Below, piece after piece: positions 1 to 10,933 of a stretch of 64,000 bases of DNA. The DNA is taken from contig OZ024755.1 of assembly GCA_964016885.1 (NCBI GenBank), positions 1,736,001 through 1,800,000 on the forward strand. Direction: 5' to 3'. The DNA comes from Eledone cirrhosa. Its lineage: Eukaryota. The stretch's first letter is position 1. Every line of letters starts with the position of its first letter. Below the pieces are notes generated by a model. That model was not told where the DNA came from. It searched no databases and saw only the letters and a list, made by a program, of their open reading frames with translations. The translations under genes were made by a program, and so were the position numbers.

Positions 1-469
1 ACCAAAAAGGAGAATAAGTCAACATCGTTGGATACCATCAGGGTTGCAGGTGTTATATCAGAGTTTTCCTTCTCCTAGAATTCTGCCTTGACAAAGGCTA
101 AGGGGTCATCTCTCCAAGTACATATACACATACATACATATATACCTACACATATACATACATATACATATATATATACATATATATATATATGGTGGCT
201 GCCAACTCGTTTTCGAGTACAGCCACTACTTTATATCCATGTAGGAGAACTCCTACCGATGCGCTGAACTAGTGTGACTTTTTAGTCCAGCCAGCAACTT
301 GAACACTGGTACAAACACTACACTTGTGACAATCATTGACACATAGTGAAGGGCCCATGGTACCACGTGATGACAAGTGCAGAGAGATCTCCAGATATAA
401 AGCAATGCTTGTGTCGTGTAGCTTTTATAGTGAGCAAAGGCACTGCACAAAGCCAGTCCCACTCTCTTA

Positions 470-805
470 ACCAAGATGATATTTACCAAAAAGAAGAACA
501 AGTCAACATCATTGGATATCATCAGGGTTGCAGGTGTTATATCAGAGTTTTCCTTCTCCTAGAATTCTGCCTTGACAAAGGCTAAGGAGTCATCTCTCCC
601 GGTGATTTTGGATGGCCATTGACTCTTTGGCATTTGAGCTCCTTTGCCCTTTGACAGGTTTTGTTTTTAGTCCTGCAGGATGTCCAGTCACCCTCCTCAC
701 CAAGAAACCTTGGTGGGGTTGCCAGTTTAGTCGCCAACGACCCGACCATGAGACAGGTTGTTCTGGGATACATGTTACCAGTAGCACCAACTGGTGACCT
801 GACAT
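470..805 (-). mobile_element. Interspersed repeat resembling an RTE-LINE 5' UTR; part is duplicated at 1-115
   Basis: 1-115 is near-identical to 486-599; family assignment is from recall only. Confidence 0.4.
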
Positions 806-1032
806 AAATGTGTATATATATATGTATATATACATATATATATACACATTTATACATATATATATATATATATACATGTATATATGTATGTATATATGCA
901 TATATATATACACATTTATACATATATATATACACACACATATATATATATCATACATATATATTGTATATATAGACATTATATATATATATATATATAT
1001 TGTATATATATATATATTGTATATATATATAT

Positions 1033-1069
<37 letters not shown>

Positions 1070-1300
1070 TATAAATATATAATAATAATAATAATGAAAT
1101 ATTGTGTACAGTGCTCAGGTGCACTACAACTCATCAAAAAGTGTATGTATAGTACATAGGGTAATATACAAACGTCAGGAAAATGAACAGTGCATGAGTC
1201 ATGATACACACGTGTGCATGTGCATGGAAGGGGTACATCAGGTGTAGTTTTGGCGTATTTCGGGAAGCATATTATATATATGTATTATTATATATATATA

Positions 1301-1512
1301 TCATCATCGTTTAACGTCTATCTTCCACGCTAGCATGGGTTAGACGGGAGTTGTCCCACTTGAGGCAAGGTAGGTCGGGTGACCGTGTCTCGTTCATATA
1401 GGACTATCTGGCAGGTTTTCTACGGCTGGATGCCCTTCCTAACACCAACCAGATTTACAGTGTGGACTAGGAGATTTTTACTGTGTTACCTACACGGCCA
1501 GCGTGGACTGTG
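1301..1512 (-). mobile_element. RTE LINE 3' tail fragment
   Basis: (CAT)n-CGTTTAACGTC...GGATGCCCTTCCTAACACCAACC, matching the tails at 3007 and 14103. Confidence 0.75.
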
Positions 1513-1546
1513 TTTTTATATATATACATTATATATATTTATGCAT

Positions 1547-1577
<31 letters not shown>

Positions 1578-1871
1578 CATCATCATCATCCTCGTTTAAT
1601 AACGTCCACTTTCCATGTATATATATATACATTATATATGTATTTTATATATATATATATATTAGGTTATGCAAGAAATGCTTAGGGTTATCCTAAATGC
1701 AGTAATGGTTAATTACTACACTAGATAGAGTTGTCGTACGGTGAGGGGTTAGTCAATGAGTTATGGAAGAATCGTCGGAAAAATTCAGTTTCTGATCCTT
1801 TTGTATTCCGGAGTGTAGATAAAGAATGAATAATAACAGGTAGACATCATAAAAAGGTAATTTATTCCGAG

Positions 1872-1994
1872 TGCTTACAAATGTTTCAACAGTAGTTATA
1901 CAGCCTAGCCATGCTATGTGCAATTGATAATTAATAATTATTTGATTGCAGAAACTCAATTTTCAAATGCTGCGACTACCATTTCCTCAGAGCA
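1872..1994 (-). ncRNA. Type I hammerhead ribozyme motif, apparently intact
   Basis: Minus strand: stem I TGCT/AGCA, core CTGAGGA, stem II AATGGTAGT/ACTACTGTT, GAAAC-ATTT-GTA; predicted cleavage between 1876 and 1875. Confidence 0.75.
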
Positions 1995-2636
1995 GAATGG
2001 TTAAAATGTAAATACAAGGGTATTTATGATGTCTACCTGTTATTATTCATTCTTTATATATATATATATACCGTCCCACCCTTGCAAGCAGGGAAAAGCA
2101 GACGTAAAATGATGACGATGATGATTACATATATATATATTATATATATATACACATTATATATATAATATATATAAGTTATAATATATATATACACATA
2201 TATATATATATAATATTTATATGTTATATATATATATAATATATACAGTATATGTTATATATATATAATATATATATATAATATAAATATATATATGTTT
2301 ATCTTGATATTATGTTCTGGTATATCAAATTATTACCATAGAACCACCTTAAATCATAGACACACTATATATTTCCGGGGGTACATTGTACCCTCAGATG
2401 TATATTAACCTTTTTCAATAATCTCCATATGTAGAGATACAAATTTGTCGTTATATTTAGTTACTAAAAATCTTTTTTTAGTGGCGAGCTATAGACGGCG
2501 AGTCTACGATTTCCCGCCTTCACTATACACCAATGTATTTACGGGTCACTTTCACGACCTTTTAGACCTGTATTAGTTGGAGTGAGGTCATATATTTTGT
2601 CGTTCCTGGGGTTTTTAACCCTAGGACAGGAAAATG

Positions 2637-2716
2637 CTTCTCTGATGATCGTTGCTTTTCCATTAATATCCTCGTGATATTTAATGTTTTGCACCGTGAA
2701 ACTGTACAGTTAGGGC
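2637..2716 (+). ncRNA. Degenerate type I hammerhead ribozyme motif
   Basis: CTGATGA at 2642; imperfect long stem II; GAAA followed by palindromic CTGTACAG; GTT triplet; short stem I TTCT/AGGG. Confidence 0.5.
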
Positions 2717-3006
2717 CATTAGAATAGGTAAATATTTATATTATATTTTTTAATTTTGATTAATTTTAATTGTATATTAATTTTGATTTATTTTGAAAAA
2801 TTGGTTGAATTTTACTTGTTCTGCTTATCTTGATATATGTTATATATATATATATAATATATATGTTATATATATATATATATATGTTATATATATATAA
2901 TATATCCATATATATATATTATATATATATATATATTATATATATATAATATATATATATATATGGATATATTATATTGGATATATTATATAACATATAT
3001 ATATTC

Positions 3007-4152
3007 ATCATCATCATCATCGTTTAACGTCCATCTTCCACGTTTGCATGGGTTTGGACGGGAATTTTCCCACTTGAGGCAAGATTGGTAGTCTTGCTCG
3101 TATAGCAAGATTGGTAGTCTTGCTCGTATGGCGGGTTTTCTACGGCTGGATGCCCTTCCTAACACCAACCACGTTTACAGTGTGGACTGGGAGGTTTTTA
3201 CCGTGTTACCTACACAGCCACATTACAGCGTGGACTGTGTGTTTTTTTGTCGGGACACCTACACGACCTTTGTTTCGGACTGGATGTTGTGGTACCAACA
3301 TAACTTTACATTGAAAGGGGTGGGGGTAGTCGGAAGGGGGTGTATTTTTGTTAGAGGTGCCTACTGACTAGATTTTGCTTTGTACTTAGGCAAGGCGGGT
3401 CTTCTGTATTACTGTGTAGCGCCAAAGATCTCGGTCCAGTGACATTGTCTTGGAGAGGTGTAAGTGTGTGAGGTCGGAATTTATCAAGTCATCCCAGGTT
3501 TTTCTGGGTCTGCCTACTCCGTGGCTACCGTCTATTTTTATCGCCTGCACTTTTTTATACAGCTGTCGTCTTTCATGCGCATCACGTGACCATACCAACG
3601 TAGTCTTCTCTCGAGTAAACAACATCTGATCCCTCTTATTCCTAATTTCTCCCTTAGTTCATTTATGCTTTGCGTATATCCTCTGCACACAATGCCCAGG
3701 TGTCACTGCCATGTAACATTGCTGTTCGTATGCAGGCATCATACAGCCTGCCTTTCATTTTTTGAGAGAACCCTTTAGTGGACAATAGTGGTATAAGCTC
3801 TCTGAATTTTTTCTATCCCATTCTGATGCTAGCTACTGTACTTTCAGAGCACCCTCCACCACTGCTGATTGTCACCCAGGTAACGGAAGGTGTCCACTAT
3901 TTCTATAGAACCATCTGTGCAATGGAATGAGCTAGTATTCTGTGGGCACTTGCTGCTACTTATTACACCTGAGCACCGGCCACATATAAAATCTATATTC
4001 TTAGCTTACCTGTGATCCCACTACATCTTTTATGCACCCATACTTTGCATTTGGGACATAAAATGGAGTTTCTGCCTAATCCTTTCCTACACACTGACCA
4101 TGGCCATTTCCCAGATGGGACCGGTGCCCTATTTTCCTTCCTACAAACCATT
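3007..4152 (-). mobile_element. 5'-truncated RTE-clade LINE (family 1), frameshifted
   Basis: GKWP..VCRKGLGRNSILCPKCKVWVHKRCSGI, GRPRKTW, 3' UTR and (ATG)n tail. Confidence 0.9.
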
Positions 4153-4870
4153 AGTTCAATGGGTAAAAAGACTCCCATAGGAAGTTGGAGTGGATGGATC
4201 AAAGCCATACAGACACCTAAGAACAACAATCAGGTGAAAAAAATGGTCACACATACAGTAGGGGCAAGTGTTAAAACTACCCAAAAGGGCCACGTGCTTA
4301 AATTTAATGAGAAAATCTACACCTAGAATGAGGGAGCAACCATTGGCCTCAGCATAGCTGGTGATGTTGCCAACCTATTTATGGTATGGTGGGAAAGGAG
4401 ACTCAGAGAACTCCATAGCCCTCATCATGTACTCTCATTACGTAGACGATATCAATGTAGTAATAAGAACACCCCCACAAGAGAGTATCAATAAACCTGA
4501 ACTGGAAAATAACACTAACTCCCTACACCAGAGTATAACTGTAACTATTGACTACCCTTCCAAACACCCTATCAATAGACTACCAGTATTAGACACTGAA
4601 CTCTGGTTAAACACTATAACTGAGAGGGCCCAAATTCTTCACTCTCATTATGCTAAACCCATGGCCTCCAAACACCTTATACTCAAAAACTCAGCAATGT
4701 CCAATAGTGTTAAGTTTAGTATTCTGATCGCAGACTTGATAAGAGTGATGAAGAATGTGTCCCGCATGTGCGTTCCAACTAAAATGGAAAGGCGCATCCG
4801 ACACTTCACCAATCGCATGCAGTTCTCTGGCTACAACCAAAGAGACATGGTTTTTATTGCCTGGATCGAG
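4153..4870 (+). mobile_element. Penelope-like element reverse transcriptase remnant
   Basis: KFNEKIYT*NEGATIGLSIAGDVANLFM (motif B, Q->stop), YSHYVDD, LPVLDTELW, HYAKPMAS...SAM...LIRVMKN thumb region. Confidence 0.8.
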
Positions 4871-5181
4871 AAACTGATGTCGCTAAAGTGAAGAAATAAA
4901 AAAAATTAACGGAGGAGACCCCTTTGCGATTGAATTCAAGAGAAGCAACTCTTCAGTATTTTTCTTTTACAAAGAGAAGTAATTAGAAGCCATTTATTAG
5001 GCTAATTTTTTTCATTGTCAAAGTAACAACACAATTCGTATACATTATGTATAATTTTTCTCAACTGATCACAATTCGTAAATAATGTGTAAAGATTCTT
5101 TTATTAACAAAATCTTTTTTCATACAATTCGTAAATAATATGTAAACATTTTTTTGTTAACAGACACTTCATCACTGTTCA
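4847..5181. repeat. Direct repeat of 9253-9608
   Basis: About 330 bp colinear, high identity (TTTTACAAAGAGAAGT.ATTAGAAGCCATTTATTAGGCTAAT...AACAGACACTTCATCACT). Confidence 0.85.
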
Positions 5182-5670
5182 ATGCCAGGTTAGAGGATGA
5201 AAGTAACGGCTTTAGGGCGTGGTTTGCTTGTAGGCTTTTCTAGGGCCAGCTAAACCCTGGTCCTCTACAGCTAACTAAACCTTGGTCAATACCAGGTCAG
5301 ATGGCGAAATAAGCAGTTTACGATCATAAACTTCTCGTAGGATCTCCTACGGCCAGTTAAACCTAGCCTGTCTCTCTCACTCCAGATAATGGAACAGGGG
5401 ACTTTGTTAAAAGCTTTCTCTGGAAGAAATCTGCTGTATACTTCTTTCTGTGTTGTTAGCAGCCAACTCACTCAAGCGTAAAAGAAAAAAAACTTTATTT
5501 CATGTTGTTCCAGTACACTCAGTAATTAAGGAGTTAATCCTGCGATAGACCGGTATCCTATCGAGGGAGATGATAAACTTAGAACAAACTTTATATATAC
5601 TAATTTTTTAATTTACAGAAACATGTATATTAACTTATATATTAATTGTTCGGTATATATCTACTAAATA

Positions 5671-6062
5671 CAGGGCGAGTCAAAATTATGTTAACACTAG
5701 TATGGGAGAAATCATTTATTCAGAATTTACTGAACAGTCTCAGCCTGGTCACCAGCAGGATCAATACACAAAAACCAGCGATCAACAGTACAAATTAGTG
5801 CCTTGACACACGTGGGGAATACTTGATATGACACCTTGTATTCTGTCCTTGAGTTCATCGATGTCTCTAACTTTTTTGCTATACACGCGCTCCTTTACCA
5901 TGACCCATAACCAGAAGTCACAGGGTGTCAGGTCAGGGGAATGTGCAGGCCATGTCAATGGTCCACCGTGACCTGTCCAACGATTTGGAAGTGTTTGATC
6001 GAGAAAAGCACGTCTATCTGTAACAGAACAGAAAAGTGTTAACATAATTTTGATTCACCTTG
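5671..6062 (-). mobile_element. Internally deleted Tc1/mariner DNA transposon (rosa/DD41D-like)
   Basis: About 28-bp TIRs CAGGGCGAGTCAAAATTATGTTAACACT, TA at both ends, transposase C-terminus WPAHSPDLTPCDFWLW.VKERVY. Confidence 0.88.
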
Positions 6063-7253
6063 TACTAGTAGTGTTTTAATTAATTTATATATAGAAACAG
6101 AATGAGAGTAAGGTAACACACGGAATATATTTTGAGGCGTGTTATCTAGCTTTCATTCCACTTCTATATTTAAAAAAAAAAAAAATTTTAGCTATAAGTT
6201 TGACTAATTTACAGAGAATTATTGCGGTTCCGCGTGGCGACACGGGTAGCGGTTCGGACTTCATCGTCTACTTATGTATGGCGTGGCCATTCTGTGTCGG
6301 AAGATCGAATCGAGGGCACGCAGCCCGAACTATTTGCAGTTTGCTATATGCTGGACCGCTCAAGCAATCATTTTTGCTCTTCCTTTATTTAGAGTTACTT
6401 CCACTTTATGGAACTCTTCTTTTTTTTCGATTGACTTCCGGTTCTTTGAAAAATATTCATTTTGGATATTACTTTCCACGTGTATGGAGGTATGTTATGT
6501 TTTCTTTACTCTACACTCGAACTATCTTACATTTTATTAAATACACACTTTATGTCAATAACTCTCACACTTTGGATATTGTGTTCCTGTGAAGAGGTAT
6601 TTTATGTGGCTTTCTGGAACATCTTCACCCTCTCGACACATGCTTTCTTTTAAATTAAATAAAAAAACAAACTACACATACAAATAGTCTTACCTCTTCT
6701 AAGAAACTAAACTAAGCCATCTCGACACTATATACATACTTTCTAAGAAATATAACTCAAATTTCTTTCTATAAACATCATTCTGTAGATCTTTCTTTAT
6801 TGAATACATAGTAAACCTTGTCAACACTAGCAGATACGTTTTACTATCTTCTCTTTTTAGAGACATTCATATAAAGCTATATACTGTCTACTAAGAAAAA
6901 TATATAAACCTTCTCTATACAGGAATATACCTTTCCTTCTAAGAAACCTCTATATACAGCTACATTTTTATTATCTTTATTTCTTTCACACCCAATGAAG
7001 CATGGCAGCTTGTTCTTTTGAACGTAGAAAGAAACCTTTTGTTGTCCAACTAATTTCTACTGTGTGATTTGGAGCAACGTGAAATAAAGTGTCTTGCTCA
7101 AGAACACAACGCAAAGTCCGGTCTGAGAATCGAACTCACGATTGTAAAGCTCGACGACTTAAGTTTTGAACGAATTTATTTTAGATTTCATCGTAATCAA
7201 AGATTAACTGTTGATCGGTGTTAACTAGATCGATATCACTTTAACCTACGTAA

Positions 7254-8420
7254 CATCATCATCATCATCACCGTTTTACGTCCGTTCTTCCATGCTAGCA
7301 TGGGTTAGACGGGTTGTCCTGTTGTGGGCAGTGTCTGGTCGGCTGACCATGCCTTGCTCATACAGGAACTGATTTTGGCTTGATTTCTACAGCTGGATGC
7401 CCTTCCTAACACTAACCTCATTTACAGTGAGTGCTGGGTGCTTTTTCTGTGGCACCTCCACGTCCACTTTACAGTGTGGGCTGGGTACTTTTCTGTGGCA
7501 CCTCTACGACCACCTTGCAGTGGGGGCATATTGTCTATATGCTTCAGCTTGTACCCATGGGAGGTCGGGTACTCTGTATTACTGCGTGACGCCAGAGGTC
7601 ACGGTCGTGTGTCATCGCCTTTGAGAGGTGTAATTGGGTAAGGTCACCTCATCCCAGGTCTTCTTGGGTCTCCCCACTACGCGGTTTCCATCAACTTCTA
7701 GTGCTCTGCACCTTTTTATGCAGCTGTCATCCTTCATACGCATCACATGTCCATACCAACGCAACCGCCTCTCCTGCACACAACATTTGATTCCTCTTAT
7801 GCTCAGTCTCTCTCTCAATTCATTTATGCTTTGTCGTTCGCGTATATTACTGTTACACATCCATCGGAGCATGCAGGCTTCGTTTCTCTCTAATCTACGT
7901 AAGTCTTCCACCTTCAGCGCCCGGGTCTCACTACCATGCAACATTGCTGTTTGTATACACGCATCATACGGTCTGCCTTTCATTTTGAGGGAGAAGCCTT
8001 TTGCAGTTAGCAGTGGCAGTAGCTCCCTGAACTTCTTCCATCCCGTTCTTACCCTAGTTATTGTACTTTCTGAACACCCAACTCCGCTGCTAATTCGGTC
8101 ACCTAGGTAGCAGAAGCTGTCCACCGTTTCTACAGAGCCCTCCCAGAGATTGGTGGTACTTGTTTCCTGCTTGCTGCTTGCTGTCCCAGCACAGCTGCTG
8201 CATGTGAAGCCTACATTCTTAATTAAGCTTCCTGAGATCCCGCTACATTTCTTGTGTACCCATTGTTTGCATTTGGGGCAGAAAATGGGGTTCCTACATA
8301 CTGAGCAAGGCCATTTCCCTGAGGGGATCTGGGTTCTGTTTTCTTGTCCTTAGTCTTTGTCATGTTGACTTTGAGACCCTTTCTTTCTAGTCCCTGCTTC
8401 CAAGTTTGGAGTTTCTCCTC
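7254..8420 (-). mobile_element. 5'-truncated RTE-clade LINE (family 2)
   Basis: FCYLGD...GWKKFRELLPLL...RRLRWYGHVMR...GRPKKTW plus (ATG)n tail. Confidence 0.92.
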
Positions 8421-8490
8421 TGTAACATAGAACCATTTACATTCTTAGTGTCTTCATTTACTTTCTTTGTTCCTTTTCAACACTTCATTA

Positions 8491-8776
8491 ACATTCTTAG
8501 TTTCCTCTAAATAAATGTATATATAATTGTTTCTACATTTGGCACAAGGCCAGCAAATTACTCAGTAGATTACTGGTACTTTATTTTATAGACCCCGTAA
8601 GGGTGAAAGGCAAAGTTAACCTCGATCTCAGTTCAAATCCCGTCGAGATTAACTTTGCCTTTCATCCTTACGGGGTCGATATAAATAAAGTACCAGTAAT
8701 GTACTGATTAATTGCTGGCCTTGTGCCAAAAGTAGAAACAATTATATATACATTTAAATAAGGAAACTAAGAATGT
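8491..8776. repeat. Fold-back palindrome of two Deu/Nin-domain SINE halves plus flank
   Basis: Arms 8491-8625 and 8643-8776 are reverse-complementary; 17-nt spacer. Confidence 0.85.
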
Positions 8777-9795
8777 ATATATAATAAAAGACAAAATTGG
8801 ATGAATTTTATCAAGTTTAATATTCTTTTTATTGATAACTTATGTTCATTTCTTTTTACAGATGTCCAGCCTTCAAGTTCATATCCTGTGCTGTCTGCCG
8901 TATCAAGTGGGAATGGCGTAGTTTCTGTTAATAAAGAAAATTTTTATTTTATTTTATTTTGACAAAAATGAATAAAGAAAGTTTACATATTATATACGAA
9001 TTGTGTTCATTTTACTTTGACAAAAATTTCCTTGCAATCAGGGAAAAGCCGACGTAAAATGATGATGAAATCAAGTCCACAAGAAACTGTGTAAGACGTA
9101 CTAAAAAGAACGTAAGTGTATGAAGTTTCTAAATAAAGAAACTAAAAGAAACTAAGAATATCTTTGAAAATGTCGAAAAAAAATCTATATAAAACGGGAC
9201 GCCATTTTGTTTTTTTTTTATTTCTCCACTTTAGAGACATCAGATACTCATGCATGGTTAAAGGCATGGAGCGAGGAACTGATGCCTCTAAAGTGGAGAA
9301 ATAAAAAAAAAAATTAACGGGGGGGCCCCTCTGTGATTGAAATTTAAAAAAATATTTTAAATAGTTGCTTCCCTTACTTTTTACAAAGAGAAGTCATTAG
9401 AAGCCATTTATTAGGCTAATTTTTTTCATTGTCAAAGTAACAACCCAAATCGTATACAATATGTAGAATTTTTTATATTTTTTCTCCTAAATAATCACAA
9501 CTCGTAAATAATGTGCAAAGATTATTTTATTAACAAAATCTTTTTTCATACAATTTGTAAATAATATGTAAACATTTTTTTTATTAACAGACACTTCATC
9601 ACTATTCAGGAAACTTCCACTTGTGAAAACTTTCCCTCAGTGGTTACGGCAAACAACACAGCAGGTTGACCGAGAACTCTGGACATCTGTAAGAAAAATG
9701 AAATAAGAAAAACTATGAAAATCATTTACATACGTTGTCAATAAAAAAATTTTAAACTTCATCAAATTCTTCCAGTTTTGTCTTATTATGTACAT
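8776..9795. repeat. Imperfect ~1 kb inverted duplication centred near 9262
   Basis: 8776-8870 mirrors 9679-9795, 8975-9005 mirrors 9550-9578, 9210-9243 mirrors 9279-9312. Confidence 0.75.
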
Positions 9796-10830
9796 AAATA
9801 TAAAGATATATATTTAAATACTTACGTTGCCAATTAAACGGTGTGAGGACCACATAATGATCTGTCGGTTGTAAAGTTACGGATTTTCATAAACAAAAAC
9901 CAAATGAATATGACCTCGGATTATTTTTATTGATATATATATATAGCGAATCGAATGGTTGGTTGTGTTGTGGCGTTCATTCATTTATTATGTGTGTGCT
10001 CACTATTGTGGGAGTGTAGGCTAGAGAAATTTGATGTGCCTGATATAGTGTGGCCAGAGATTGCATGTGTGCAAGTAAGTATTAGTGTTAATTAAGATGA
10101 TGATGATCACGTAGGAAATGAAATATATATATATATATATATATATACAGTGTGACCAGAGATTGCGGGGGTGTAAGTAAATAACAGTGTTCATTAAGAT
10201 GAAATGTATGTTTTTGAAAGTGTCAAAAATAAATGAAATGCGTGTTCATTATCATCATGATATGTTGCTTCCTTGATCACACGGGAAATGAAATATATAA
10301 AACAAATGACGATACACAAAGCCGGTATGTTACTAATTTATTAAATATAATTTACACCGAAGTTATATGAAAATACACGAGGAAGAAAGAAATGAACATC
10401 GATGAATCGTGTGACGTTTTTTGTTAAGATGTCTTTCTAAAAGTATTATTAAAGTTGTATTTACTATATTTCTGTTGATGTAAAGAACTTCGGTCGAAAG
10501 AGAGAGTAGGACCCAAAGGGTCTACTTTTTAAATCTGTATTGGTATCCCCTCCTATGGGAAGAGACGAAGAGGATGTCCCAAGATGAACTAGTGCCAAAC
10601 AAAAAAAAATCTATGTTAAACTTTATTTCATTAAATTGTGTGCATCACAAACACATGCATATATATATATCGACAAGATCCAATACTTCATTCGTTTAAC
10701 GAGTGGGGTAGAGCTCGTCAAATCGAACCGAGGAAACAATGTTTCCATTGCTCTTTTCAATTGCTAATACTATCTGTCGCAAATCTAGACAAGGAGCAGC
10801 GTGAAATAAAGTGTATATATATCTTTTGAA

Positions 10831-10933
10831 ATATCACCATCCTGACGAGCAGATCGATACTGGAGTCGGGTCCATAACTCCTATGGGTCACCTTCAGCCA
10901 ATCATCTGTGAAACGCTCGTACCAGGTCGATAT
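10831..10933 (+). ncRNA. Degenerate type I hammerhead ribozyme motif
   Basis: CTGACGA at 10842; stem II GCAGAT/ATCTGT with long inner hairpin; GAAAC-GCTC-GTA; stem I paired only distally. Confidence 0.45.

Noticed and set aside
582-1159. Ile/Tyr-rich ORFs (also 56607-57672, 60095-60537, 63273-63978)
   Set aside because: Translations of microsatellites and minisatellites.
6200-6592. 130-aa ORF over the CpG-rich patch
   Set aside because: Non-ATG start and no recognisable protein features.
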